A stretch of 64,000 nucleotides of DNA, taken from Verrucomicrobiota bacterium (GTDB lineage: Bacteria > Verrucomicrobiota > Kiritimatiellia > UBA8416 > SLMC01). A model generated the notes under the pieces. The model was not told the DNA's origin. It searched no databases and was given only the letters and a program-made list of their open reading frames with translations. Below, one piece after another: positions 10,220 to 21,222 of the stretch (its first letter is position 1; every line of letters starts with the position of its first letter). The stretch covers positions 3,420 to 67,419 of the forward strand of contig JASEHE010000002.1 of NCBI GenBank assembly GCA_030018915.1, in the 5' to 3' direction. The translations under genes and the position numbers were made by a program.

Positions 10220-10972
10220 TTACATGACCATCCCGCCGCTGACCGTCATTACCTGGCCAGTCATATACGATGACGCGTCGCCGGCGAGAAACACAACCGC
10301 CCTTGCCACATCCAACGGAGCGCCAAAACGTTTCAACGGTATGGCCTCCAGCATCTTCCGCCGGACCTCCTCCGACAGGGCGTCAGTCATCTTCGACTCG
10401 ATAAAACCCGGCGCCACGGCGTTGACTCGAATGTTCCGGGACGCCAATTCTTTCGCGATGGATTTGGTCAACGCAATGACCCCGGCTTTTGAGGCGGCAT
10501 AATTGCACTGTCCCGCGTTGCCGATTAGGCCAATAATCGAGGCCACATTGATGATGGCGCCGCTTCGCTGCTTCATCATCGGTCTGGCGACCGCCTTGGA
10601 GAGAAGAAACGTTCCCTTCAGGTTCACCGACAGCACGGCATCCCAGTCTTCCTCGCTCATGCGCACCAGGAGCTGATCCTTGGTGATGCCGGCGTTGTTG
10701 ACCAGAATATCGATCCGGCCGAACGCCTTCAGCGCCTCGTCAATCATGGCGTTCACAGCGGCGCCGTCGCTGACGTTGACGCCGTAGCACTCAACGCGGC
10801 GGCCTGCGGCACGCGCGGCAGCGACGGTGTCCGAACACCATTCCCTCCGCAGATCACAAACAGCTAGGTCGGCTCCCTCGCGGGCCAGTTCCTCGGCAAT
10901 GGCCCGCCCGATGCCGCGAGCGGCGCCGGTCACGATCGCGACTTTTCCATCCAACGCGTTCACCGATGTCAT
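10220..10972 (-). CDS. fabG: 3-oxoacyl-ACP reductase
   Basis: 250 aa short-chain dehydrogenase; [18 protein letters not shown]; sits in the fab operon. Confidence 0.9.
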   Translation of the reverse strand: MTSVNALDGKVAIVTGAARGIGRAIAEELAREGADLAVCDLRREWCSDTVAAARAAGRRVECYGVNVSDGAAVNAMIDEALKAFGRIDILVNNAGITKDQLLVRMSEEDWDAVLSVNLKGTFLLSKAVARPMMKQRSGAIINVASIIGLIGNAGQCNYAASKAGVIALTKSIAKELASRNIRVNAVAPGFIESKMTDALSEEVRRKMLEAIPLKRFGAPLDVARAVVFLAGDASSYMTGQVMTVSGGMVM

Positions 10973-11904
10973 ATCCCCGTCGCCTTGAGCGTTTCAACGG
11001 CCTTCTGAAGCGTAGGCAGGTCCTGAATATTGCTTAGCGCCGCATGGCCGTCAATCTGTTTGATCAACCCGGAAAGCGCGCGGCCGGGCCCGAATTCGAC
11101 GTATCCGCCGACCCCCAGCGCCTTGAGCGACTCCACGCATGCGCCCCACCGCACTGACGACGTTACCTGCCGAATCATGTTCTCGCGGATTTCCCGAGGA
11201 TTCCCGTGCGGCTGCCCAGTCACGTTGGACATGACCGGCGCTGCGGGAGCGGCAAACTCGACGCGCTCCAGCGTTTCAGCCAGGCGCCGGCCCGCCGATG
11301 CCATCAACGCGGAGTGAAACGCTCCGGCCACTTTCAACACGACAGTGCGCTTGGCGCCGGCGTCCCTGGCCTTCTTTTCCGCATCCTCGATCCGCCCGCG
11401 TTCGCCCGAGAGCACGATCTGGTCTGGCGAGTTCAGATTGGCGATCTCTACCCCGATGTTCCGGCAGATTGCCTCGAGTTCCGGCAGAGGCAGCCCCATG
11501 ACGCTCACCATGGCGCCTTCGCGCTCCTCGCAGGCTTCCTGCATGAACCGCCCGCGCGCCTCCAGAATTCGGAGCGCGTCCTCGAAACTCAGCGCTCCTG
11601 CCGCGTGCAGGGCGGACCATTCGCCCAGGCTCAGGCCGGCCATGCCCGCGAAGGCCGGGTTTCCGGCCTCGCGACAAAAAGCGCGATGGCACGCCACGCT
11701 GGTCACGAAGACCGCAGGCTGGCAGTTGTTCGATCGGGTCAACTCCTCGATCGGCCCCTCGAAGCACAACCGGGAGAGCGGCCGGCCCAGCGCCTCGTCA
11801 GCGCGCCGGAACAGGTCCCGGCATTCCGGGCAGGCATCCGCCAAGTCCTTACCCATTCCCACGAACTGCGCGCCCTGCCCGGCAAACACTGCCGCCCTCT
11901 TCAT
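10969..11904 (-). CDS. fabD: malonyl-CoA-ACP transacylase
   Basis: [17 protein letters not shown] and [14 protein letters not shown] motifs. Start moved to internal Met (ORF-track N-terminal extension unlikely). Confidence 0.9.
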   Translation of the reverse strand: MKRAAVFAGQGAQFVGMGKDLADACPECRDLFRRADEALGRPLSRLCFEGPIEELTRSNNCQPAVFVTSVACHRAFCREAGNPAFAGMAGLSLGEWSALHAAGALSFEDALRILEARGRFMQEACEEREGAMVSVMGLPLPELEAICRNIGVEIANLNSPDQIVLSGERGRIEDAEKKARDAGAKRTVVLKVAGAFHSALMASAGRRLAETLERVEFAAPAAPVMSNVTGQPHGNPREIRENMIRQVTSSVRWGACVESLKALGVGGYVEFGPGRALSGLIKQIDGHAALSNIQDLPTLQKAVETLKATGI

Positions 11905-11905
11905 G

Positions 11906-12919
11906 TCAATACCCCCATTCCAGAACCATCGCGCCCCACGTGAATCCACCTCCGAACGCCACCAGCAACACCGTGTCGCCTCGCTTGATCTTCCCGCGCC
12001 GAACGAATTCATCTAAGGCCACTGGCACGGATGCCGCCGATATGTTGCCGACACGTTCCAGGTTCACGCAGAACTTGTGCGGCGAGTTCCCAAGTCGGCT
12101 GGCCACAGCCTCGACGATCCGCGCGTTGGCCTGATGCGGAATGACCCAGTTGACGTCATCCATGGTCAGTCCGGACCGCTCCAGCGCTTTCTGTCCGGCG
12201 TTGCACATGCAGCGCACAGCATGTTTGAACACCTCGTTCCCAGCCATCTTGATGTAGATTTGGCGGTCATCTATGGCATGCCGTGTCAATCCCATCCGGC
12301 TGCCACCGCCCGGAATGTTCAGCAGGTCGGCGAGGCTGCCGTCTGCTCCCATCGCGCTGGCGAGCAATCCGCGGCGACCGCTCTTGTCAGTTGCCTCGAG
12401 CACGGCTGCGCCGCCCCCGTCTCCGAACAGCACGCAGGTGTTTCGATCGCGCCAATCCGTGACGGCGCTTAGTTTCTCCACCCCAATGACCAGCGCGTTA
12501 CGGTACCCGCTTCCGAGGATGAGGCCGCGGGCTACCTCCAGCCCATACACAAAGCCGGAACAAGCCGCGGAAAGGTCGAAGCACAAGGCGTTTTCCGCTC
12601 CGATCCGATCCTGAACCAGGCAAGCCGTATTGGGCAACAGCATGTCCGGTGTAAAGGTCCCGACGATGATGATTTCCACCTCTTCCGGCGACATGTCCGC
12701 GCTGCGCAGCGCGCGAAGCGCGGACTGGGCGGCCATCAGGCAGGTCCCCTCCCCGTTCTGAGCGATGTGGCGCTCCCGAATGCCGGTGCGGGTTCGTATC
12801 CATTCGTCGGTGGTTTCGACCATTTTCTCGAGGTCGAAATTGGTCAACACCTTTTCCGGCAGATAGGAGCCGGTGCCAGTGATGCAAACGGTCTTCGCGT
12901 GAGAATCTTTGCGCGTCAT
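11906..12919 (-). CDS. fabH: 3-oxoacyl-ACP synthase III
   Basis: KAS III fold: ACSGFVYGL, HQANARI, GNISAASVP. Start at internal MTRKDSHAKTV; ORF-track 89-aa extension rejected. Confidence 0.9.
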   Translation of the reverse strand: MTRKDSHAKTVCITGTGSYLPEKVLTNFDLEKMVETTDEWIRTRTGIRERHIAQNGEGTCLMAAQSALRALRSADMSPEEVEIIIVGTFTPDMLLPNTACLVQDRIGAENALCFDLSAACSGFVYGLEVARGLILGSGYRNALVIGVEKLSAVTDWRDRNTCVLFGDGGGAAVLEATDKSGRRGLLASAMGADGSLADLLNIPGGGSRMGLTRHAIDDRQIYIKMAGNEVFKHAVRCMCNAGQKALERSGLTMDDVNWVIPHQANARIVEAVASRLGNSPHKFCVNLERVGNISAASVPVALDEFVRRGKIKRGDTVLLVAFGGGFTWGAMVLEWGY

Positions 12920-13923
12920 TCTGGTCCCACCAACTGGCTGACTTCGCGCGTGATGACCTCGTTCAGGCGCTGGCTTACTTCTTCGCGGGCCACCCGGACG
13001 GCGTGGAGAATGGCCCGCGCGGACGATGACCCGTGCGTGATGATGCAGACGCCGTTCACTCCCAGCAGCGGCGCGCCGCCGTACGACTCCGGGTCTAGCC
13101 GGCGCTTCATGGCGCGCAGCGCGCCCATCAAGAAAAGCGCGCCGAGCATACGCGCGGGGTTCTTGACGAATTCCTGCCTCGTCCACCCCGCGACCGCCTT
13201 TGCCACGCTTTCGCTGGTCTTGAGAACAATGTTGCCCACAAAGCCGTCGCAGACCACCACGTCCGTCTCTCCCACGAACAGATCGTGCCCCTCGACGTTG
13301 CCCCGGAAGTTCAGATCGGCTTCGTCGAGCAGACGGAAGGTCCCCTTGGTGATCTCGTTGCCCTTGATGTCTTCCCCCCCGATGCTCATGAGCCCCACGA
13401 CCGGCTTCGGTTGGCCGAGGATCGCGCGCGAGTACACGCTGCCCATGACGGCAAACTCCGCCAGCATCGTCGGGCTGCAGTCGGTGTTGGCGCCGGCGTC
13501 AATCAGCACAAAGGGCCGCTTGGGCGTCGGCATCACGGCCGCGATTGCCGGCCGCTCCAATCCTTCCAGCGCGCGGAGTTTCAGCGTCGCCGCCGCAACG
13601 ACCGCGCCGGTGTTGCCCGCGGAAACCATGGCGTCTACTTCCCCGCTTTTCACCAAGTCAATCGAACGGCTGATCGAGGAATCCCGCTTGCGCCTGACGG
13701 CAAGGGCCGGCGCTTCGTCCATGGCCACAACTTCCGACGCGTGAAAGACATCCACGATTTTCGGCACGGGCGCGTATTTGTCGAGTTCGCGCCGGATCGC
13801 TTGCTGGTCTCCAACCAAAACAACCTTCGACAGCCCCTTGATCTCGTTTGCCGCCCGGACAGCGCCCCTGACGATCTCAAGAGGCGCGAAATCCCCGCCC
13901 ATGGCGTCCACGGCGATGCGCAT
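12916..13923 (-). CDS. plsX: phosphate acyltransferase
   Basis: MRIAVDAMGGDFAP N-terminus typical of PlsX. Confidence 0.9.
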   Translation of the reverse strand: MRIAVDAMGGDFAPLEIVRGAVRAANEIKGLSKVVLVGDQQAIRRELDKYAPVPKIVDVFHASEVVAMDEAPALAVRRKRDSSISRSIDLVKSGEVDAMVSAGNTGAVVAAATLKLRALEGLERPAIAAVMPTPKRPFVLIDAGANTDCSPTMLAEFAVMGSVYSRAILGQPKPVVGLMSIGGEDIKGNEITKGTFRLLDEADLNFRGNVEGHDLFVGETDVVVCDGFVGNIVLKTSESVAKAVAGWTRQEFVKNPARMLGALFLMGALRAMKRRLDPESYGGAPLLGVNGVCIITHGSSSARAILHAVRVAREEVSQRLNEVITREVSQLVGPE

Positions 13924-14036
13924 AGCGTGCTCCTGTATCGGCCGAGCCCGCATATTTCACACTCCCGCGCGAAATATGCGCCCTTGGGGCCATGATGCGC
14001 CCGCCCGGCAGGCGCAAACGGGGCTGGAAACAACGA

Positions 14037-14219
14037 CTACCGGACTGCCATCGTCACGACTTGGCGGCCCCGGTAGTAGCCGCAGGCGCGGCAGGCCCGA
14101 TGCGGCTCTTGCGGCGCGCCGCACTGGGGGCACGGTTTCGAGTGGACAAACCGGACACGATGCGACCGTTGACGCGTCCGAATTTTGCTCTTCGACGTTC
14201 TTCTCTTGGGCACACCCAT
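14037..14219 (-). CDS. rpmF: 50S ribosomal protein L32
   Basis: MGVPKRRTSKSKIRTRQRSH matches the L32 N-terminus; start set at the internal Met of the longer ORF. Confidence 0.85.
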   Translation of the reverse strand: MGVPKRRTSKSKIRTRQRSHRVRFVHSKPCPQCGAPQEPHRACRACGYYRGRQVVTMAVR

Positions 14220-14281
14220 CGTTTTGTCCTTTCTTATTGCGCGCGACGCGCATCGCGAATCCGGCGGAGCGCCCGGCAGGC

Positions 14282-14761
14282 TCAGCCCGGCTTGACCGGC
14301 AGTTTCAGTTGATCCAGCGCTCCCCACTGACCGTCGTCGGGCGGTTTGCAGCAGCACGTTTCACGGTTGAGATTCGCTCCGCACCGAACGCAGAGTCCTT
14401 TGCAGTCCGCGCGGCAGACCGGGTATCCCGAAAGGCGCAGCAGAATAGTCTCGCGAATATCTTCGGTCAAGTCCACAGATAGCGCGTCAGGCGGCAGCTC
14501 GATGACCCGCTCGAAGGCGTCGTCCCGAATCGCCAGGCGAAAATACTCCGCGCAACGCGAACACCGGAAAAGCGCCTCCGTCCACATCTGTCCCTGAACG
14601 ATCAGCCGGCCGCCGGCCAGAGAGGCGGCAACCCGAAACCGCACCGGCCGGTCTGCCTTCACGAACGGGTCCCCGGAATCCAATGACAAAACGGCCGGCG
14701 CCGCCTCGCCTTCATACGTTTTCCTGCCGTCCGGCGGTATTTCCGTGACGCGAATCTGCAT
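14282..14761 (-). CDS. yceD: YceD/DUF177 family protein
   Basis: 159 aa with a CxxC...CxxC tail; conserved position upstream of rpmF-plsX. Confidence 0.7.
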   Translation of the reverse strand: MQIRVTEIPPDGRKTYEGEAAPAVLSLDSGDPFVKADRPVRFRVAASLAGGRLIVQGQMWTEALFRCSRCAEYFRLAIRDDAFERVIELPPDALSVDLTEDIRETILLRLSGYPVCRADCKGLCVRCGANLNRETCCCKPPDDGQWGALDQLKLPVKPG

Positions 14762-14968
14762 CGGCAGCTCCGGCGGCGAACGACGTCAGCCGCAGCGCGT
14801 CACGCGGCAAACGCGCCCAGCCCGTTCTTGCGCGGGAGATACAGCCGCGCCATACCCGCCCTTCGCAGGGAAGTCAATTTCGAGGTCGGGGTTGTCCTCC
14901 GCCTTCTTGCGCCATGAATCGCCTCGCTTACCTTTCCGGCGTCCCAACCATGGGGCCTCCAACGACTC

Positions 14969-15550
14969 TCAAGCATAGATTGCCGCCCCCCGAACGCAAC
15001 AGAAAAACGCGAGACGTGTGTCTCCATAGCGGCGCTCATCCGCCTGTTCCCATCCGGGCGCAGCCGCTGCCTGGGCCGTTTGGTTGACGGCTTCTTCCAG
15101 GACCAACAGCCCGCCAGGAACCAGGATGCCGCCATGCCCGACCTGTTCCAGCAGGTCCGTCCGCCATGCCCGGACTGCGTACGGCGGATCGGCAAAGATT
15201 ATATCGAAACGCTCCTCGCTGAAAGCCTTGTTCCGGAGGAAACTCCGGACGTCCATCCCCACTACTCGCCCCACGGATGGGGACAGGGCTGCCACGTTTC
15301 CCCTCAGGCAGGCCAGCGCATGGCGCTCCGATTCCACCCACCAGACCGACCGGGCGCCCCGGCTCCAGGCTTCCAGCCCCACCGCTCCGGACCCGGCAAA
15401 AAGGTCCAGAAAACGACAGCCCGGAACTCGTTCGCCGAGGATGGAGAAGAGAGCCTGCCGCACCTTGTCCTGGGCGGGCCGAACCGCGCGGCCGGGAACC
15501 CGGATTGCGCGCCCACGCAAACTACCACCGGTAATTCTCATTAAGCTCAT
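14969..15550 (-). CDS. rsmD: 16S rRNA (guanine966-N2)-methyltransferase
   Basis: LDLFAGSGAVGLEA and DPPY motifs. Confidence 0.8.
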   Translation of the reverse strand: MSLMRITGGSLRGRAIRVPGRAVRPAQDKVRQALFSILGERVPGCRFLDLFAGSGAVGLEAWSRGARSVWWVESERHALACLRGNVAALSPSVGRVVGMDVRSFLRNKAFSEERFDIIFADPPYAVRAWRTDLLEQVGHGGILVPGGLLVLEEAVNQTAQAAAAPGWEQADERRYGDTRLAFFCCVRGAAIYA

Positions 15551-15624
15551 ATTACCGATCCGCCCGCCGCTCCGCAAAGAAATCCTTGCCCTTCTAACCG
15601 CTATCGCTTACTTTACTATGGCGT

Positions 15625-16464
15625 ATGGGTTGGTTCACCAAATCCAAGAAGCCTGTTGAAGCGCTCCCTCCCCCTGAGGAAGAACTCTGGATAGTCTGCT
15701 CCTCCTGCAAAGCCCACATTTTCAAGCAGGAATGGGACAAGAATCTGCAGGTTTGTCCCAAATGCAACTTCCACGAGAAACTGACTTGCTACGAGCGAAT
15801 CCATATCACGTTGGACGAGAAGACGTTTCGCGAATTCAACGCCGAAATCTCCACCTCCGATCCCATTCAGTTCTCGGATGCCGCCGAAGCCTACAAAGAC
15901 AAGGCCGAGGCCACAAAGACCAAGGTCGGCCTCAAGGAATCCGTGGTGACCGGCAGCGGCAAGATCAAGGACATAACCGTGACGGTGGCAGTCATGGATT
16001 TCCGCTTTCTGGGGGGCAGCTTGGGCAGCGGCGCCGGTGAGAAGATTCTTCTGGCCGCCGACTATGCCCTGCGCCACAGCCGGCCCTACATTGTTTTCTC
16101 GGCTTCCGGCGGGGCCCGAATGCACGAAGGCATCATCTCCCTGATGCAGATGCCCAAAACCTGCGCCGGCATCGCTCGCCTGCATCGGGCAGGCATCCCG
16201 TATATCTCGGTGCTCACCCACCCCACGACCGGCGGCGTCTCGGCCAGCTATGCTATGGTGGGAGACCTCAACATCGCCGAGCCGGGCGCTCTGATCGGCT
16301 TCGCCGGCAGGCGCGTCATCGAACAGACCATCAAGCAGGAGCTGCCCAATGGATTCCAGACGGCCGAGTATCTCCTGGAGCACGGTTTCGTTGACCAGAT
16401 CGTTCACCGCAAAGACATGAAAGACTTCCTTGCCTCCGTGCTGCGCTACTGGCAGCGGCGCTAG
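15625..16464 (+). CDS. accD: acetyl-CoA carboxylase carboxyltransferase beta subunit
   Basis: N-terminal Zn ribbon CxxC...CPKC plus carboxyltransferase body. Confidence 0.9.
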   Translation: MGWFTKSKKPVEALPPPEEELWIVCSSCKAHIFKQEWDKNLQVCPKCNFHEKLTCYERIHITLDEKTFREFNAEISTSDPIQFSDAAEAYKDKAEATKTKVGLKESVVTGSGKIKDITVTVAVMDFRFLGGSLGSGAGEKILLAADYALRHSRPYIVFSASGGARMHEGIISLMQMPKTCAGIARLHRAGIPYISVLTHPTTGGVSASYAMVGDLNIAEPGALIGFAGRRVIEQTIKQELPNGFQTAEYLLEHGFVDQIVHRKDMKDFLASVLRYWQRR

Positions 16465-16490
16465 CCCCGAACACGAGACAGAGGTCATAG

Positions 16491-17429
16491 ATGGAACTGG
16501 ATTTCGAAAAACCGCTGGTCGAAATCGAAAAAAAGATTGGCGAGCTCGAGAAATCGGCTCAGGCGCCAGACGCTCAGTTCGGCCCCGAAATCGCCGAGTT
16601 GGAACGAAAAAAGACGGAACTCGCCAAAGAAATCTACGCCAAACTTACGCCCTGGCAGATCGTTCAAGTCGCGCGCCATCCCGATCGGCCGCTCATGGTG
16701 GACTACCTTGGCGGAATGTGCTCCCAGTTCATTGAGTTGCACGGGGACCGTTGTTTCGGGGACGACCCCGGCGTTCTGGGCGGCCTGGCGACCTTCGGCG
16801 ATTACCGCGTGGTGGTCATCGGACATCGCAAGGGCAAGAACGTAGAGGAGAACGTCAAGTTCAACTTCGGGATGGCGAACCCGGAAGGCTACCGCAAGGC
16901 CCTGAGACTCATGCGGCTGGCGGAGAAGTACCGCCTCCCGGTGGTGAGTTTCATAGATACCCCCGGCGCCTATCCTGGGCCGGAGGCCGAGGCGCGGGGC
17001 CAAGCCGAGGCTATCGCCAGAAACTTGACCGAGATGTCCCTGCTGCAAACCCCGATCGTCGTGGTGGTTACAGGGGAAGGAGGAAGCGGGGGCGCCATAG
17101 GGATCGGCGTGGGCGACGTGGTGCTCATGTTGGCGAACTCCATCTACTCGGTGATCTCTCCCGAAGGATGCGCATCAATTCTGTGGCGCGACGGCGCCAA
17201 GGCGCCGGAGGCGGCTGCGGCGCTACGGTTGACCGCCAGAGACCTTCTCGAACTCGATGTGGTTGACGAGGTGATCCCCGAACCACCGGGCGGCGCTCAT
17301 CGCAACCACGAAGAAACGATTTCAGCCACCCAAAAGAGCCTCCTGAAACACCTCAAGAAGCTGGTCCACGCCTCCACAAAGAAACTGGTTGCGGCCCGAT
17401 ACGAGAAGTATTCCCGTATCGGACGATAG
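16491..17429 (+). CDS. accA: acetyl-CoA carboxylase carboxyltransferase alpha subunit
   Basis: 312 aa; FIDTPGAYPG and GEGGSGGAIG motifs. Confidence 0.9.
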   Translation: MELDFEKPLVEIEKKIGELEKSAQAPDAQFGPEIAELERKKTELAKEIYAKLTPWQIVQVARHPDRPLMVDYLGGMCSQFIELHGDRCFGDDPGVLGGLATFGDYRVVVIGHRKGKNVEENVKFNFGMANPEGYRKALRLMRLAEKYRLPVVSFIDTPGAYPGPEAEARGQAEAIARNLTEMSLLQTPIVVVVTGEGGSGGAIGIGVGDVVLMLANSIYSVISPEGCASILWRDGAKAPEAAAALRLTARDLLELDVVDEVIPEPPGGAHRNHEETISATQKSLLKHLKKLVHASTKKLVAARYEKYSRIGR

Positions 17430-17474
17430 CGCAGTTGGCGGCGATAACGAGACAATCCAGGAGAGGAAACGATC

Positions 17475-19445
17475 ATGCCTCGAAAAACGACTCGACCGGC
17501 CGGCGCCGATTTCACGCCGCCGAGAAACAGCAAGAACCGCATCCCATTGCGCATCACGGATACGACCCTGCGAGACGCGCATCAGTCCCTCTGGGCCACC
17601 CGCATGCGCACCAAGGACATGTTGGGCATTCTGGACGTCATGGATTCAGTCGGCTTCTACTCGCTGGAAGTGTGGGGAGGCGCCACGTTCGACGTTTGTC
17701 TCCGGTTCCTCCGCGAGAACCCATGGGAACGACTGCGGCAGATCAAGGCCAAGGCCAAGAAGACTCCTCTCCAGATGCTCCTGCGCGGCCAGAACATCCT
17801 TGGCTACAAAAACTATCCCGACGATCTCTTGGACCGGTTCATTGCGCTTGCCTGCAAGAACGGCGTGGATATCTTCAGAATTTTCGACGCCCTGAACGAC
17901 ACGCGCAACCTCGAACAGGCCGTCAAGGCCGTCAAGCGCTACGGGGGCCACGCCCAGGGCACGATTTGCTACACGATCAGCCCGGTCCACACGGTCGAGG
18001 AGTTTGTCCGCATTGCCAAGGAACAGGTGGCCATGGGGATAGACTCGCTCTGCATCAAGGACATGGCTGGGATTCTCTCGCCCATTTCCGCGGAAAAAGT
18101 GGTGTCCGCTCTGGTCGAGAACATCGAGGTGCCCATCCAGATTCATACCCACGACACGAGCGGCATGGGGACAGCGACCTACGTCGAGGCCGTGCGGGCC
18201 GGCGCCGGCGCTATTGACTGCGCAATATCGGTCGTCTCCAGTTTCTCCTCCCAGCCTCCGGTCGAAACCATGCTCTCCATCTTCGAGGAAATGCCCTACC
18301 ACGCCAACCTCGACGGGGATGCCCTGCGGAAAATGTGCCGGTACTTCACCGAGGTCGCGCCGAAGCGGCAACTGGCCTATCAGCCGATCAACCCCATTGA
18401 TCCGGACATCCTCGTGCACCATATCCCGGGCGGCATGATCTCCAATCTCCGCTCACAACTGCAGCAGCAGGATAGCCTCAATCGCCTGGACGAGGTTCTT
18501 GCCGAAGTGCCCAAGGTTCGCGCCGATCTCGGGTATCCGCCGTTGGTCACCCCCACCAGCCAGATCATCGGAGTTCAGGCGGTCATGAATGTTCTGTCCG
18601 GCCAGCGCTATTCACTCGTGCCGCTTGAGATCAAGGAGTACGTCAAGGGACTCTACGGCCGATCGCCGGCCCCGATCGCGCCGGACATCCGGAAAAAGAT
18701 ACTGGGCGACGAGCCGCCCATCGAGCATAGACCGGCCGACCTGCTGGAGCCCATTCTACCCAAGGTGACACACGATATTCCCGCCGACTACATTAAAGGC
18801 GAGGAAGACATCATCTCATTCTGCATCTTCCCCGAGCCGGCCATGGAGTACTTCAAGTGGCGGGAACTCCCCACGGAGGAACGGCCGTCGCCTCCCGCGG
18901 ACCTGGAGGAGAAGAAGAAAGAAGCGGCGCCCATCCCGGAAGGCTCCGCGCCAATGCCGGCGCCCGCCCACCCATTTCTCACCCCACACGACTATCTCGA
19001 ATTACAGGGACTGGCCGCCCGGATCAGCGACCTACACATTTCGGAGTTCACCATCCGCCGACAGGACCTCGCGTTGAGCATCAAATCGTCCGGCATGGTG
19101 GCGACGGCGCATCCCCCTGCTCCACCGGCCCCGGCAGCGGCCGCTTCCCCGAAGGCAACGTCCAAGCCGGCGGCGGCCGCCGCCGAGAAAGACAAGGCGC
19201 CCGGCAACGACACCATCAATGCCCCGTTGAATGGCGCGTTTTACCTTTCACCGGGACCCGGAAAGCCGCAGTTCGCAAAGGAAGGCGATGTCGTGGCAAT
19301 CCATACGCCGGTCTGCATGGTGGAAGCCATGAAACTCTTCAACCGGATCAAGGCCCCCTGCAAGTGCAAGGTCCTGAAGTTCCTGGTTGCGCACGGGGCG
19401 CCGGTCAAAAAGGATCAGCCTCTCGTCAGCATCGAGAAGGTATAG
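17475..19445 (+). CDS. biotin-dependent carboxyltransferase, 5S-type (oxaloacetate decarboxylase alpha / pyruvate carboxylase subunit B family) with C-terminal biotinyl domain
   Basis: 656 aa; TIM-barrel HMGL-like region (RITDTTLRDAHQS, HTHDTSGMG) and a C-terminal biotin carrier domain with the EAMKL biotinyl-lysine motif. Confidence 0.8.
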   Translation: MPRKTTRPAGADFTPPRNSKNRIPLRITDTTLRDAHQSLWATRMRTKDMLGILDVMDSVGFYSLEVWGGATFDVCLRFLRENPWERLRQIKAKAKKTPLQMLLRGQNILGYKNYPDDLLDRFIALACKNGVDIFRIFDALNDTRNLEQAVKAVKRYGGHAQGTICYTISPVHTVEEFVRIAKEQVAMGIDSLCIKDMAGILSPISAEKVVSALVENIEVPIQIHTHDTSGMGTATYVEAVRAGAGAIDCAISVVSSFSSQPPVETMLSIFEEMPYHANLDGDALRKMCRYFTEVAPKRQLAYQPINPIDPDILVHHIPGGMISNLRSQLQQQDSLNRLDEVLAEVPKVRADLGYPPLVTPTSQIIGVQAVMNVLSGQRYSLVPLEIKEYVKGLYGRSPAPIAPDIRKKILGDEPPIEHRPADLLEPILPKVTHDIPADYIKGEEDIISFCIFPEPAMEYFKWRELPTEERPSPPADLEEKKKEAAPIPEGSAPMPAPAHPFLTPHDYLELQGLAARISDLHISEFTIRRQDLALSIKSSGMVATAHPPAPPAPAAAASPKATSKPAAAAAEKDKAPGNDTINAPLNGAFYLSPGPGKPQFAKEGDVVAIHTPVCMVEAMKLFNRIKAPCKCKVLKFLVAHGAPVKKDQPLVSIEKV

Positions 19446-19460
19446 TAGACAGCGTGTTTC

Positions 19461-20108
19461 TCACGCGTTCGATCGGTCGGCCGGCTCCTTCTCGCCTTCG
19501 GACATTCGCTCGCGCCGACATCGCTTCCGACCCATGGGAAATTCCATCTGGCTGTCCTTGATGAAGTCGTAGTTCTTCAAAATCCGAACGATCTGCAGCA
19601 GGCTCGACTTCTCGTAGTTGTGATTCCTGTCCACGTGGGAAATCAACTCCGCCAGAATCGTCTCGAACGACATGACCCCATCCACGCCTTTTCGCTTCAG
19701 CATCTTGACGCTCTTCTCCTTGAGTTCCCCCGATGCCGCCAGCCGGGGAATACACAGAATCTTGGCCAGCGGACCTGGGCCCAGGCGCTTCTCCGCGAAG
19801 CGCGCGGATGCCGGTTCCGTGAATCGCAGGATGTCGGGGTCCTGTTCGAATCGCTGCGCGTAGAACGTCTCGCTGTGCCCCCCCCTGACCCCGACCACGG
19901 CGCGAGCCACCGTTCTCAGGTCTTCGGTAGTCCAGATCGTGTGCTCGGGCACGCGGTGTTCGACGACACGCGGGTTGACCACCAGCAGGTCAACCTCTTC
20001 ATCCGAGGTCTTCGGCCGCCCGAATGTCGTGTATTTCCTCGGTTGCGCGACGAGGTAGCCCAGAATCTCGAAGTACTCCCTGACGATCCACTCGCTTACT
20101 CCGGCCAT
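19461..20108 (-). CDS. hypothetical protein
   Basis: Start at internal Met (ATG complement 20106-20108) preceded by a GGAGG-like RBS; no recognisable domain. Confidence 0.5.
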   Translation of the reverse strand: MAGVSEWIVREYFEILGYLVAQPRKYTTFGRPKTSDEEVDLLVVNPRVVEHRVPEHTIWTTEDLRTVARAVVGVRGGHSETFYAQRFEQDPDILRFTEPASARFAEKRLGPGPLAKILCIPRLAASGELKEKSVKMLKRKGVDGVMSFETILAELISHVDRNHNYEKSSLLQIVRILKNYDFIKDSQMEFPMGRKRCRRERMSEGEKEPADRSNA

Positions 20109-20130
20109 GATTGGCCTCCTTATTTCGGAT

Positions 20131-21222
20131 TTAGGTCGTGCCGAGCCGCGCGAAAGCCTCGGCCAGGACACGATCGGGCGCCTCGCATCCGAACACCGCC
20201 GAGCCCAGTCGCTCGACCAGCACCCACCTCAACGATGCGCCACGGCGTTTCTTGTCCGCCGTCATCGCGGCGCGGAGGTCGGACCAGCGGAGTTCAGGCC
20301 GCGCCGCCGCCACGCCGGTCGGCAGGCCTATCGCCTCGAGCAGGCGCCTCAGCCGCTCGCCGCATTCCCGTGGAAGTCCGCGGCAGGCGATCGAGACTTC
20401 GGCGGCAAAGACCATGCCCACGGAAACCGCCTCGCCGTGCAGCCACCGGCCATAGCCGAGCGCTTTCTCAAGCCCGTGCCCCAACGTGTGCCCGAAATTG
20501 AGGAGCGCCCGCGCGCCCGACTCGCGCTCGTCCGTCGCCACAATCTCCGCCTTGATCTCGCAGCACCGGGCCACCACCTCTTCGAGCAATCCCGGTTCCC
20601 GCTTCAGCAGGCGCGCCGCGCTCGACTCGATCAGATCGAAGATTCCGGCATCGCCGATCACCCCGTACTTGACCACCTCGGCCAGACCTGAGACATACTC
20701 CCGTTCCGGCAAGGTTCCCAGCGTCCGCAGGTCCGCGACCACTTCCATCGGCTGGTGAAAAACGCCAACCAGATTCTTGCCGGCCGCCAGGTTCACGCCC
20801 GTCTTGCCGCCGATCGAACTGTCCACCATCGCCAACAGCGATGTCGGAACCTGCAACAGGCCGATGCCGCGCATGTAGGCGCCTGCCACGAAACCAGCCA
20901 GGTCCCCGATCATTCCGCCGCCCAGCGCCACTATCGCCGATCCGCGGTCCAGTCCGGCATCCACCGCCTTGCCGCAGAGTTCCTCGACCGTCCTCAGGTT
21001 CTTGGACTCTTCGCCGGCCGGCACAACCGCCCGGCTTGCCGCGATCCGGCGGCCGCGAAGTTTCGCCTCCCACGCCTCTCCATAGAGACGGTCCACGTTC
21101 GAGTCGGAAACGATCAGCGCCCGAGACACGCCCTGGCCGGCTATTGCTTCGCCAAGAGCCGCGTCCATGCCGATATGGATGTCGTACGCCCGTTCCTCAA
21201 GGTTGACGCGAACGATCCTCAT
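20131..21222 (-). CDS. aroB: 3-dehydroquinate synthase
   Basis: 363 aa; GGGMIGDLAGF and the metal-binding H..H region. Confidence 0.9.
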   Translation of the reverse strand: MRIVRVNLEERAYDIHIGMDAALGEAIAGQGVSRALIVSDSNVDRLYGEAWEAKLRGRRIAASRAVVPAGEESKNLRTVEELCGKAVDAGLDRGSAIVALGGGMIGDLAGFVAGAYMRGIGLLQVPTSLLAMVDSSIGGKTGVNLAAGKNLVGVFHQPMEVVADLRTLGTLPEREYVSGLAEVVKYGVIGDAGIFDLIESSAARLLKREPGLLEEVVARCCEIKAEIVATDERESGARALLNFGHTLGHGLEKALGYGRWLHGEAVSVGMVFAAEVSIACRGLPRECGERLRRLLEAIGLPTGVAAARPELRWSDLRAAMTADKKRRGASLRWVLVERLGSAVFGCEAPDRVLAEAFARLGTT

